Source of the DNA: Eubacteriales bacterium
GTDB taxonomy: Bacteria; Bacillota; Clostridia; Oscillospirales; CAG-272
Direction of reading: 5' to 3'
Length of the DNA: 64,000 bases
NCBI GenBank assembly: GCA_045587665.1
Contig: JAZNCT010000065.1
Span: 95 to 64,094 of the forward strand
Below, in pieces: positions 41,356-49,728 of this stretch (position 1 is its first letter; each line of letters starts with the position of its first letter). The translations under genes and the position numbers were made by a program. A model generated the notes under the pieces. That model did not search any database. It saw only the letters and a list, made by a program, of their open reading frames with translations, and was not told the origin of the DNA.

Positions 41356-41982
41356 GTGGCAAAAGGTGAAAAAAACGTTGTTTTTGATAAGAATTCGGCT
41401 TATATTTTGCAGGCGGGAACACCTGTTTTTCTTAAAACCGCCGACATTTGCGCAATGACGGGAAAATCCAATCAGTGGATCGGACAACTCACCTCGCAGG
41501 GAACACTGAACAAAACCAAGACGAAGCACGGATCTCTCTATGAACTTCTGCCGAACATCAAGGCGTATTGCGAAATGCTTGAAGAGAGGGCAGAAGAACG
41601 AAGCGATAACCCGGACATTGAGAAGCTCGAAATCGAAAAGCGAAAAGCCGACGTAAAGGCAAAAAAAGCAAAAGCCGCTATGGCAGAGCTTGAGATGAAG
41701 GAGCTGCAAGGCAAAATGCACCGCTCAGAAGATGTTGCGGCGATGACTGCCGATCTGATATACGCCATAAGAGGTGCAATGCTCGCGCTTCCGGGACGGC
41801 TCTCGGTTGATCTGTCGAGCATTTCCGACCCTGCCGAGATCGCTGTACGGATACAGAAAGAAGTTTATCTGGTTATGGACGAGCTCTCGGCATATGAATA
41901 CGATCCCGAAAAATACAGAGAGAGGGTAAAGGAACGCTACGGTCGGGATATAACCCTCGGTACGGATGATGACGACGAGTGA
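41356..41982 (+). CDS. terminase small subunit
   Basis: GTG start after GGGGGGTG. Helix-turn-helix-like N-terminus (ICAMTGKSNQWIGQLTSQG) and coiled coil. Immediately upstream of terL. Confidence 0.6.
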   Translation: MAKGEKNVVFDKNSAYILQAGTPVFLKTADICAMTGKSNQWIGQLTSQGTLNKTKTKHGSLYELLPNIKAYCEMLEERAEERSDNPDIEKLEIEKRKADVKAKKAKAAMAELEMKELQGKMHRSEDVAAMTADLIYAIRGAMLALPGRLSVDLSSISDPAEIAVRIQKEVYLVMDELSAYEYDPEKYRERVKERYGRDITLGTDDDDE

Positions 41983-43879
41983 AATTAAAAAGCTAAATGC
42001 CGCCATAACAAAAGCCGTTGCCGGCATGAAGCCTCCCGAAAATCTCACTGTTTCAGAATGGGCGGACAAGCACCGCCGTCTTTCACCCGAGGCATCAGCG
42101 GAGGTCGGTCAGTGGAGAACGAGCAGGACGCCTTATCTGCGTGAGCCTATGGATGCTTTCACCGATCCGAAGGTGAGGCGAATCGTTGTTTGGGCATCGT
42201 CTCAGGTCGGAAAAAGTGAAATGCTTAACAATATGGTCGGCTATGCCATATCCGAAGATCCTTCAAGCATTCTGTTCATTCACCCGACGAAGGATGATGC
42301 GAGAGGCTATTCAAAGCTCCGCATCGCGCCGATGATACGGGACTGCAAGCCTTTGAAAAGTAAGGTTGCGGAAGCAAAAAGCCGCGATTCCGGAAATACG
42401 ATACTTCAAAAATCCTATCCCGGCGGTATACTCACGCTTTGCGGATCGGGTGAAGCACATGATCTTTGCTCGAAGCCCATTCGTTACATATTCGGTGACG
42501 AGCGAGACCGCTGGGAGGCTTCAGCCGGAAACGAAGGCGACCCCTGGGAGCTGGCAAGAATACGACAGCTGACCTTTTACAACTCGAAGGCTGTTGAAGT
42601 ATCAACACCGACAATAAAAGGTGCCAGCAACATCGAGAAATCCTACAATGAGGGCACGATGGAGCGTTGGTGCAACAGATGCCCTCATTGCGGAGAATAC
42701 AGCGAGATAACCTTTGAGCAGATACGCTTTGAATATACCGAGAGCAAGGTCGGAAACGCAAAAGCCTTTGATGTTGCGGATATATTCTATATTTGCCCCG
42801 AGTGCGGCGGTGTTTCCACCGAGCATGAAATAAAGGCTCAGGATGCGAAATGGATCGCAGATAATCCCGATGCGTATGCGCAGAATCAGACACGCTCATT
42901 CAGACTTACTTCATGGGTATCTCCTTGGGCTTCATGGAAATCGAGCATTATCGAATATCTCAAAGCTCTCGGAGATCCCGAAAGGATGCAGGTCGTTTAC
43001 AACACCCGTTTCGGTCTGCTGTGGGAAAACCGAGGAGAGATCGAGAGTGAGAACAGCATCCTCAGCCGCCGTGAGGACTATGGAACAAACGAAAGCGGCG
43101 AGCCGATAGAGCTTCCCGACGGCGTTTTATGCCTCACTTGCGGAGTTGACACCCAGGATGACCGACTTGAATATGAGGTGGTCGGATATCGACATTTCGG
43201 CGAGAACTGGGGCATCAAAAAAGGTATTATCATGGGGCGTCCTGATACCGATGCAGTATGGAATGAGCTTGATACCGTTATCGATCACGTTTATCGATAC
43301 AAAAGCGGCACGGGTCTTAAAATATCAATGACATTCGTTGACGAAGGCGGACATTTCACAAATGAGGTTCGCCAAAGATGCCGCGAACGTCTCGGAAAAA
43401 AGGTGTTTCCCATAAAAGGCAAGGGCGGCGATGTTCCCTATACCTCTCCACCGAAAAAACAGAAGATCGTTATCGGCGGCAGGTTTATCGGCACATGCTG
43501 GTGGTATCAGATTGGCGTCGATTCGGGAAAGCATATCATTATGGCTAATCTCAGAGTGCAGGAGCCCGGCAGCAAATACTGTCATTTTCCTATCCGGGAT
43601 GATTATGGGCCGGCATATTTCAAAAGTCTTCTTTCCGAGGCGAATGTCTATGATCAGAAAACAAAAAAATTCGTCTGGAAAAAGATCCCCGGTCATGAGC
43701 GAAACGAAGCACTTGACTGCCGAAATTATGCAAACGCCGCCGAAAGGATGTTATCGCCCGATTATGACGCGCTTGAACGCCGTTTGAGAGGGAATACACA
43801 TATAACATCGGCCGCAGCACCAAAGCGTCCGCCTCAAGTTCGAAAAAAGCCAAACAAAAACCATTTCAGTGATTGGTAA
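41966..43879 (+). CDS. terminase large subunit, lambda GpA family
   Basis: 637 aa with TVSEWADKHRRLSPEAS...WRTSRTPYLREPMD and Walker-like SSQVGKSE. Confidence 0.85.
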   Translation: MMTTSEIKKLNAAITKAVAGMKPPENLTVSEWADKHRRLSPEASAEVGQWRTSRTPYLREPMDAFTDPKVRRIVVWASSQVGKSEMLNNMVGYAISEDPSSILFIHPTKDDARGYSKLRIAPMIRDCKPLKSKVAEAKSRDSGNTILQKSYPGGILTLCGSGEAHDLCSKPIRYIFGDERDRWEASAGNEGDPWELARIRQLTFYNSKAVEVSTPTIKGASNIEKSYNEGTMERWCNRCPHCGEYSEITFEQIRFEYTESKVGNAKAFDVADIFYICPECGGVSTEHEIKAQDAKWIADNPDAYAQNQTRSFRLTSWVSPWASWKSSIIEYLKALGDPERMQVVYNTRFGLLWENRGEIESENSILSRREDYGTNESGEPIELPDGVLCLTCGVDTQDDRLEYEVVGYRHFGENWGIKKGIIMGRPDTDAVWNELDTVIDHVYRYKSGTGLKISMTFVDEGGHFTNEVRQRCRERLGKKVFPIKGKGGDVPYTSPPKKQKIVIGGRFIGTCWWYQIGVDSGKHIIMANLRVQEPGSKYCHFPIRDDYGPAYFKSLLSEANVYDQKTKKFVWKKIPGHERNEALDCRNYANAAERMLSPDYDALERRLRGNTHITSAAAPKRPPQVRKKPNKNHFSDW

Positions 43880-43919
43880 TTGGTTCATGGTTCATGGTTT
43901 TTGGATCACCGACAACGGC

Positions 43920-43998
43920 TTCTCGGTTCGTCGACCACTGCTTGCAAGCAAGTCTTACACGATCTCCCCGAGCGTAAATTTGGATGATCCCCACCCTA
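43920..43998 (-). repeat. IS end repeat, tnpB-distal (RE side); candidate omega-RNA scaffold region
   Basis: 79 bp, beginning at the tnpB stop codon on the minus strand. CTCGG...CCGAG and GCTTGCAAGC stems. Confidence 0.6.
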
Positions 43999-45108
43999 CT
44001 GTAAAATTCGCAATCCTTCGTTAAGGATATTCCTTGCGGCGTTAATATCACGGTCATGCACAGCTCCGCACACAGGACAGGTCCATATGCGAACGGACAA
44101 ATCCTTTGTTCCGCTCCACTGTGCGCCGCATGAGGAACAAAGCTGGCTTGACGGATAGAAACGGTCAACGGTGGATAGTTGTTTACCATACCACTTTGCT
44201 TTATATTCCAGCAATCTGCGAAATTCTCCCCAGCTCGCATCTGATATTGATTTTGCGAGCCTGTGGTTCTTTTCGAGATTTTTTACCGCTAAATCTTCGA
44301 TGCAGATCACATCATATTGCCTCATTAGCTCGGTTGACAGCTTTTGAAGCATATCGCTACGCTGTGCAGATATATGCTCATGAAGCTTTGCCACTGCAAT
44401 TCTCGCTTTTTCCCGGCGGTTACTGTCCTTTTGTTTTCGGGACAACCGCCTCTGAAGACGTGCAAGACGCTTTTCGGCTTTGAGGTAGTGCCGCGGATTG
44501 GGGTATTCTATACCATCGGATGATATGGCAAAGTTACTCAGCCCCATATCAAGCCCCACGGCTTTTCCTGTAGGTGGAAGTTTGTCAATCTCCACATCGG
44601 TACAGCATATGGCAACATAATACCTGCCCGACGGTCGCTGTGAGACTGTTGCAGAAAGGATTCTGCCCTTCACTTCCCTTGATACACTGCATTTGACATA
44701 ACCGAGCTTTGGGAGCTTAACAGCTGTATCGGTTACGGCAATATTGCTGCCCGAAGCACCGCTTTTATAGCTCTTGTTTCGGTCATACTTGCTTTTGGAT
44801 TTCGGATAACCCGCAGGCTTGCCGGACTTTAAGGTTCGAAAGAAGTTTTTGTATGCTGCATCAAGATTTTTCAAAGAATACCGCAGGGCAGTCAAATCCA
44901 CCTCTTTGAGCCATTCAAGCTCTTTTTTCAGCTGGGTAAGGTCTTTGAAGCACGCAAAGTAATTCATTGTTTCTTTTGTGCTTTCATAGACCTTTATGCG
45001 CTTATCGAGATAGTAGTTATAGACAAAGCGGCAACAGCCGAAGGTGCGCTGTATTTGGTTTATTTGTTCGTTATTCGGATAAATTCGAAATTTGTATGAG
45101 TACTCCAT
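43996..45108 (-). CDS. tnpB: TnpB (IS605 OrfB-type RNA-guided endonuclease)
   Basis: [16 protein letters not shown]-terminus, RuvC residues in VGLDMGL, ICIEDL and [11 protein letters not shown], and zinc ribbon CSSCG...CPVCG. Confidence 0.9.
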   Translation of the reverse strand: MEYSYKFRIYPNNEQINQIQRTFGCCRFVYNYYLDKRIKVYESTKETMNYFACFKDLTQLKKELEWLKEVDLTALRYSLKNLDAAYKNFFRTLKSGKPAGYPKSKSKYDRNKSYKSGASGSNIAVTDTAVKLPKLGYVKCSVSREVKGRILSATVSQRPSGRYYVAICCTDVEIDKLPPTGKAVGLDMGLSNFAISSDGIEYPNPRHYLKAEKRLARLQRRLSRKQKDSNRREKARIAVAKLHEHISAQRSDMLQKLSTELMRQYDVICIEDLAVKNLEKNHRLAKSISDASWGEFRRLLEYKAKWYGKQLSTVDRFYPSSQLCSSCGAQWSGTKDLSVRIWTCPVCGAVHDRDINAARNILNEGLRILQ

Positions 45109-45109
45109 A

Positions 45110-45340
45110 TCAGCTGCTTAACCTATGCATTTTGACGGGTTTGGATAGAATTTTATCAAATTCGCAATTTACGTATTCGCAGAACGGAATACCTTGCTTT
45201 GTGGCTTCTTCCTTGAAACACTCGTAGCGTTCCTTGTCAAAAAGAAGCTCTGCAAAGAGAAAGATTTTTTTGATTTGTTTCTCATCAAGGGTTAAATAAG
45301 CTTGTTCAACGAGAGTTTTAACTTCTTCTTTGAGTGTCAT
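45110..45340 (-). CDS. 76-aa protein translationally coupled to tnpB (not a TnpA)
   Basis: GGAGG RBS. Its stop TGA is 1 nt before the tnpB ATG. No HUH/Y1 motifs and no family recognised. Confidence 0.55.
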   Translation of the reverse strand: MTLKEEVKTLVEQAYLTLDEKQIKKIFLFAELLFDKERYECFKEEATKQGIPFCEYVNCEFDKILSKPVKMHRLSS

Positions 45341-45377
45341 TTTGATACCTCCAAAAAATTATGCTTGTTGACGCAAA

Positions 45378-45456
45378 TTCTCGGTTCAACGACTACAGCT
45401 TGCAATCAAGTCTTACACAATCTCCCCGAGCGTAAATTCGGGTGCGTCCCACCCTA
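45378..45456 (-). repeat. IS end repeat, upstream (LE side)
   Basis: Same orientation as 43920-43998. Ends 37 nt upstream of the 76-aa ORF start. Confidence 0.6.
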
Positions 45457-45469
45457 TTTGAATTTACTA

Positions 45470-45498
45470 TTGACAAGTTCCGCCTTTTATGGTATAAT
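45470..45498 (+). promoter_or_regulatory. consensus promoter of candidate sRNA
   Basis: TTGACA, 17 nt, TATAAT. Confidence 0.6.
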
Positions 45499-45504
45499 GG
45501 AGGC

Positions 45505-45590
45505 AATCGGAGGAGTAAGGCTTCCCCCGATGCCCCTTTGGGTTATAGTGAGTGATTTCCTTTGCGGGCGGTGTCACTCACTATTTTTTT
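45505..45590 (+). ncRNA. candidate ~86-nt sRNA (two hairpins, second is an intrinsic terminator)
   Basis: Hairpin 1 pairs GGCAATCGGAGG with CCCCCGATGCC. Terminator atagtgagtga/tcactcactat plus T7. No credible ORF, because the terminator lies inside the only candidate frame. Confidence 0.5.
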
Positions 45591-45593
45591 ACC

Positions 45594-45716
45594 CTAATTG
45601 TTTTCATTGAGTAGCTTTTGAACTGATACCTTAAGCTCTTCAAGTGTTTCGCACTTGTCGATAAGCTCAAGTACCATTTTCAAAATGTACTCGGTATGAG
45701 TTGCCATCTCATCCAT
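45594..45716 (-). CDS. 40-aa helical protein, divergent from XRE gene
   Basis: AGGAAGTGAGGAA RBS. Product is MDEMATHTEYILKMVLELIDKCETLEELKVSVQKLLNENN. Own consensus promoter. Below the track cutoff. Confidence 0.45.
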   Translation of the reverse strand: MDEMATHTEYILKMVLELIDKCETLEELKVSVQKLLNENN

Positions 45717-45762
45717 TTCCTCACTTCCTTTCATAGCGGGTATCCCCGTGCCTTACACCTAT

Positions 45763-45870
45763 ATTATACACCTTTGAATGTGCATAGTCAAGATGGAATT
45801 GTGCACAAACTTTTGTGTATATTTTTGTGCACAATGTACACTTGAAAATGTGCACATTGCATAGTATAAT
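45763..45870. promoter_or_regulatory. divergent promoter pair with four TGTGCAC-core operators
   Basis: Minus promoter: TTGACT (45791-86), 17 nt, TATAAT (45768-63). Plus promoter: TTGAAA (45842-47), 17 nt, TATAAT (45865-70). Palindromes TTGTGCACAA (45799-808 and 45825-34), ATGTGCACAT (45848-57), and the variant ATGTGCAT (45778-85). Confidence 0.6.
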
Positions 45871-45899
45871 ATATTCATCTGGAAAGGAGGAATCAGAGA

Positions 45900-46121
45900 A
45901 TGTCATTGTCTCACAAAATTGACATACTATCGGCACTAAAAGAAGCAGGTTATTCTACTTATAGACTCAGAAAAGAAAAAATTTTCGGTGAGGGAACTAT
46001 TCAAAAATTCCGAAACGGTGGTTGTATAGACTGGGAAGTATTAGATCGTTTGTGTAATCTTCTTAACTGTCAGCCCGGAGATATATTGGAATACGCAAAA
46101 GAAGAAAACGGAGAGGAATGA
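45900..46121 (+). CDS. XRE-family HTH regulator (73 aa)
   Basis: The pattern ...STYRLRKEKIFGEGTIQKFRNGGCIDWEVLDRLCNLLNCQPGDILEY is typical of short HTH_26/YozG-like regulators. AAGGAGG RBS. Confidence 0.75.
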   Translation: MSLSHKIDILSALKEAGYSTYRLRKEKIFGEGTIQKFRNGGCIDWEVLDRLCNLLNCQPGDILEYAKEENGEE

Positions 46122-46134
46122 CCTCTCCGTTTTG
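46108..46134 (+). terminator. terminator of the XRE gene
   Basis: Stem acggagagg/cctctccgt followed by ttt. Confidence 0.65.
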
Positions 46135-46211
46135 CATATCAAATTTAAACGAAAGGATATTGTTTTATATCCCCATAGTTAAATCACGGGGATAAAGCAA
46201 GAAATAATGTT

Positions 46212-46466
46212 TTGACAAGCCAAGAAGCAAAGCTCCTGTGTGAGCATTATACAACGCTTATAGAAAAGCTTATGGCGGCAAAGATTGCTCTCATAGACGG
46301 CGGTGTTCAGAGCTACACCATAGACGGTCGTTCGCTGACAAAATTTGATTTAGACAAGCTCTCAAAAGAGATTGACGATGCCGTAAAAAAAAGAGACGAA
46401 TACCGTGCGCTTGCAAACGGCGCACGGCCGAGAAAGGCTTTTGGAATTATTCCAAGAGACTTTTAA
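46212..46466 (+). CDS. head-tail joining protein, lambda gpW-like
   Basis: 84 aa with YTIDGRSLTKFDLDKLSKEIDD. Lies between terL and portal, as in lambda. TTG start with a weak RBS. Confidence 0.55.
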   Translation: MTSQEAKLLCEHYTTLIEKLMAAKIALIDGGVQSYTIDGRSLTKFDLDKLSKEIDDAVKKRDEYRALANGARPRKAFGIIPRDF

Positions 46467-46570
46467 TTCTCGGAGCATAAAAAGGTATTCAGCGCAATGC
46501 GCTTAATACAAGCGATCCTCTCGGGTTTTCTCTCCTTTGTCCGAGAGGGTCGCAAACTATATATAGGACG

Positions 46571-48127
46571 GTGATTATCACGAATAATAAAGCAAAAAAA
46601 GCACCAAATGCAAGCGGCTACAGCGATGCGGGCGCAAGCACGTCAAAACGGTCGCTTAGTGGATTTATTGCGAGAAGCAGCGCGCCGTTTCAGGACATAG
46701 ATTTCAACAACAGAACTATGAGACAGCGCGCCCGTATGATCTATATGTCAACGCCTGTTGCGGCGTCCGCTATCAACACCAACAGAACAAAGGTGGTTGG
46801 AACGGGTCTGCACATGCGTTGCGCCATAAACAGAGATATTCTCGGGCTCTCGGAAAACGCCGCAAAGGAATGGCAGAAGAAAACCGAAGCCGAATTTCGC
46901 ATGTGGGCAAAAAACAAACGGAGCTGTGACGCTCTCGGACTTAATAATTTCTATGGACTGCAACAGCTCGCTGTCAAATCATGGCTCATGTCGGGTGACT
47001 GCTTCGCTTTGTTTAAGCGTTATGATGCGACAAAGATGAACCCCTATACTCTGCGCATCCACATGATAGAGGCTGACCGCATAGCAACGCCTACAGATGC
47101 CGGCTTATCCATCGTGGGAAATACCGTTGGAAAGAATTCGAAGAACGGCAACAGGATATTTGACGGAGTTGAGGTAGACAAAAACAATCAAGTCGTTGCA
47201 TATCACATCAGAAGCACATATCCCGGGCAACTGCTAAGCGAAAAGACAGAGTGGTATAGAATTCCCGCCGTAGGAGAGGAAACAGGGCTTCCGAACATAC
47301 TTCAGATAATGGACGCTGAGCGTCCCGATCAATACAGAGGCGTTACATATCTCGCCCAGGCAATAGAACCGCTCCTTCAGCTCCGCAGATATACCGAAGC
47401 ACAGCTTATGGCGGCGATAATTCAGTCCTTCTATACCGCATGGATCGTAACCGAAAGTGCGTCGAATGAAATTCCCTTCGGCGAGGTGGGCGGCGGAGGT
47501 ATGTCGGGTAATCCCGATGATCAGCCCGAAGAGGTAAGCGATAGCGAGAACGAATACGAGCTGGGGCCCGGTACGGTCGTTCATCTCAAAGAAGGCGAAA
47601 AGATAGAATTCGGCAATCCCAACATTCCTACAGCCGGATTTGACGTGTTCTTCAAAGAAATGTGCAAACAGCTCGGAAGCGGTCTTGAAATGCCCTATGA
47701 CGTTCTCATGAAAGAGTTTAATTCTTCTTACAGTGCCGCCAAAGGCGCGCTTGAAGAAGCCTGGGAAGCCTTCAAAATGCGCCGTGTATGGCTCGTTGAC
47801 GATTTCTGTCAGCCTGTATACGAGACTTGGTTATCCGAAGCCGTTGCTATCGGCAGAATTAAAGCTCCGGGATTCTGGAATGATCCGCTGATAAGAGAGG
47901 CTTGGTGCTCTGCGCGTTGGGACGGCCCTGCACAGACACATCTTGACCCTGTCAAAGAAGCGGCAGCAAATAAGATTCTTGTTTCTCAGGGGTGGAAAAC
48001 AAACGAGCAGGTCACAAGAGAATTCTACGGCGGCAGTTTTGATGAAAATGTCGAAACGCTGATCAGAGAAAACGAAAAATTAAAGGCGGCAAACGATGCC
48101 GCGGGAGGTATGAACAATGCAAAATAA
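46571..48127 (+). CDS. portal protein, lambda gpB family
   Basis: 518 aa, sitting after gpW. Family call rests on size, order and recalled similarity. Confidence 0.75.
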   Translation: MIITNNKAKKAPNASGYSDAGASTSKRSLSGFIARSSAPFQDIDFNNRTMRQRARMIYMSTPVAASAINTNRTKVVGTGLHMRCAINRDILGLSENAAKEWQKKTEAEFRMWAKNKRSCDALGLNNFYGLQQLAVKSWLMSGDCFALFKRYDATKMNPYTLRIHMIEADRIATPTDAGLSIVGNTVGKNSKNGNRIFDGVEVDKNNQVVAYHIRSTYPGQLLSEKTEWYRIPAVGEETGLPNILQIMDAERPDQYRGVTYLAQAIEPLLQLRRYTEAQLMAAIIQSFYTAWIVTESASNEIPFGEVGGGGMSGNPDDQPEEVSDSENEYELGPGTVVHLKEGEKIEFGNPNIPTAGFDVFFKEMCKQLGSGLEMPYDVLMKEFNSSYSAAKGALEEAWEAFKMRRVWLVDDFCQPVYETWLSEAVAIGRIKAPGFWNDPLIREAWCSARWDGPAQTHLDPVKEAAANKILVSQGWKTNEQVTREFYGGSFDENVETLIRENEKLKAANDAAGGMNNAK

Positions 48128-49328
48128 CACATTTACGCCGCTGAGCATTGCAAAGCCCTGCTATGCCATGGCAACGGAGAACGGAAGTGAAGCCGAGATA
48201 ACAATGTACGGTGAGATCGTCCAGAGCCAGCCGGAAAATTACTGGACGGGAGAGCCGATCGAGGGCTCTTACATCATCGAAAGCGAATTTCTCGCCGATC
48301 TGAAGAAGATAGAGAAATGCAGTAAGATAACCATAAGGATCAACAGCCTCGGCGGTGATGTCAGTGTTTCAAATTTGATCCACAACCGACTTCGCGACCT
48401 TGCAAACAGCGGTACAGAGCTTATCTGCATAGTTGACGGCGTGGCAATGTCCGCGGGAACGCATATTATGTGCGCATGTGATAAGGTCATTGTCCATCCG
48501 TCCAGCCTTATTATGATACACAAATGTATGGCGCATGTGTGGGGCTGGTATAATGCGGATGAGCTTCGCGCCGAAGCACAGTCGAATGATGCGTGGGATA
48601 AAACGCAGATCGCAATATATCAGCGCAAGACAGGACTTTCCGAGACTGTAATATCTCACATGATGGCTTCATCCACATATCTTTCGGGAAAGGAAGCCAC
48701 CGAAAAGGGCTTTGCGGACGAGCTTTCCGAGGGAGAGGGCGTGACCGTTGCTGCCAGTGCCGACAGACACAGCATTTTTGCGGGAGAAAGAGTTATTAGG
48801 CTCGGCATAGGCATGACAGCTCCCGAAAACATTCCGATAGCAGCCGCACCTTCATGTGCGGAAACTATAAAAACAAATGCCAAGGAGGAAAAAAACATGG
48901 CAAAAAACTTTAATGAGCTCAAAAATGAAAATCCCGAGCTCGCGGCGCAGGTAGAAGCCGATATCAGAGCTTCTGTTGCAGCCGAAGGAACCACAGCCGC
49001 CGCAGAGGCGACAGCGGCAGAGCGCGCCCGTCAGTCGGAGATCGATGAGATCGCTCAGCTTTATGATCCCGAAACGGTTCGCGAAGCAAAGTACACAAAT
49101 CCCTGCACGGCGCAGGAAATGGCGTTCAGAGCCGCGCAGAAAGCCGCAAAGACCGGCACTGCATTTATGGCAGGGATGATGAAGGATCATGAGGCATCCG
49201 GCGCAGGCAGTGTACAGTCTACTCCCGCCCCCGCTGATAATCCGAGGAGCAATGCAGAAAAGAGCGGCGAAGAAAAGCTGGCTGAAGCTCGCGCAAATGT
49301 AAGCGCACTTTTCGGCAAAAACAACTGA
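48117..49328 (+). CDS. prohead protease (ClpP/S49-like) fused to Ala-rich scaffold-like C-terminus
   Basis: ITIRINSLGGDVSVSNLIHNRL...VDGVAMSAGTHIMCACD is Clp-fold. The C-terminal 140 aa is a coiled coil. Confidence 0.8.
   Translation: MQNNTFTPLSIAKPCYAMATENGSEAEITMYGEIVQSQPENYWTGEPIEGSYIIESEFLADLKKIEKCSKITIRINSLGGDVSVSNLIHNRLRDLANSGTELICIVDGVAMSAGTHIMCACDKVIVHPSSLIMIHKCMAHVWGWYNADELRAEAQSNDAWDKTQIAIYQRKTGLSETVISHMMASSTYLSGKEATEKGFADELSEGEGVTVAASADRHSIFAGERVIRLGIGMTAPENIPIAAAPSCAETIKTNAKEEKNMAKNFNELKNENPELAAQVEADIRASVAAEGTTAAAEATAAERARQSEIDEIAQLYDPETVREAKYTNPCTAQEMAFRAAQKAAKTGTAFMAGMMKDHEASGAGSVQSTPAPADNPRSNAEKSGEEKLAEARANVSALFGKNN
48897..49328 (+). CDS. nested in-frame scaffolding protein (Nu3-like arrangement)
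   Basis: A perfect AAGGAGG sits 8 nt before the in-frame ATG 48897, inside the protease ORF. The product begins MAKNFNELKNENPELAAQVEADIR and is 143 aa. Confidence 0.5.
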   Translation: MAKNFNELKNENPELAAQVEADIRASVAAEGTTAAAEATAAERARQSEIDEIAQLYDPETVREAKYTNPCTAQEMAFRAAQKAAKTGTAFMAGMMKDHEASGAGSVQSTPAPADNPRSNAEKSGEEKLAEARANVSALFGKNN

Positions 49329-49343
49329 TAGGAGGATAGCAAA

Positions 49344-49715
49344 ATGTCAGAAAACATGGGCAAGATAGGCGAAATGACCTATGACGGTCTTATAAGCGAT
49401 GTAAGACCTGCTGTTTGTGTCGGCGCAGGCACTATCGCGGGCGGTGAAACAGATACCGAATATAAGCGCGGAACCGTTCTTGCAAAAGCAGAGGACGGAA
49501 AGCTTCACATTCTCGATTCCGAGGGTGAGGCAGACTGTATTCTTTGCGACGATATCACCGTAAAGGCGGGAGAGGACGTTACCGTACCCGTTTATATCGC
49601 AGGCTGCTTTAACACAAACAAGATCACCGTAGCCGAGGGCTACACCATCACAGAAGCGGATAAAGACAATCTTCGCAAGAGAGGCATTGTCTTTAAAGCC
49701 GCAATGAATTATTAA
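49344..49715 (+). CDS. head decoration protein, gpD-like
   Basis: 123 aa, directly upstream of the major capsid gene, as in lambda. Confidence 0.6.
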   Translation: MSENMGKIGEMTYDGLISDVRPAVCVGAGTIAGGETDTEYKRGTVLAKAEDGKLHILDSEGEADCILCDDITVKAGEDVTVPVYIAGCFNTNKITVAEGYTITEADKDNLRKRGIVFKAAMNY

Positions 49716-49728
49716 GGAGGTCTCCAAA

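Larger units (their letters stand above)
43920..45456 (-). mobile_element. IS200/IS605-family TnpB-only element (IS1341-like), bounded by 79-bp direct repeats
   Basis: Intact tnpB plus a coupled 76-aa ORF, flanked by gapless 68/79-identical direct repeats that contain small palindromes (cttgcaagcaag / cttgcaatcaag). It interrupts the terL-gpW junction. Exact ends are uncertain. Confidence 0.65.

Noticed and set aside
43866-44240. 124-aa minus-strand ORF
   Set aside because: It is an alternative frame overlapping the tnpB 3' end and the IS end repeat. tnpB motifs define the true frame.
45302-45610. 102-aa plus-strand ORF
   Set aside because: It spans the antisense of the 76-aa gene, the IS end repeat, a promoter and the sRNA terminator, so it is not a coherent gene.
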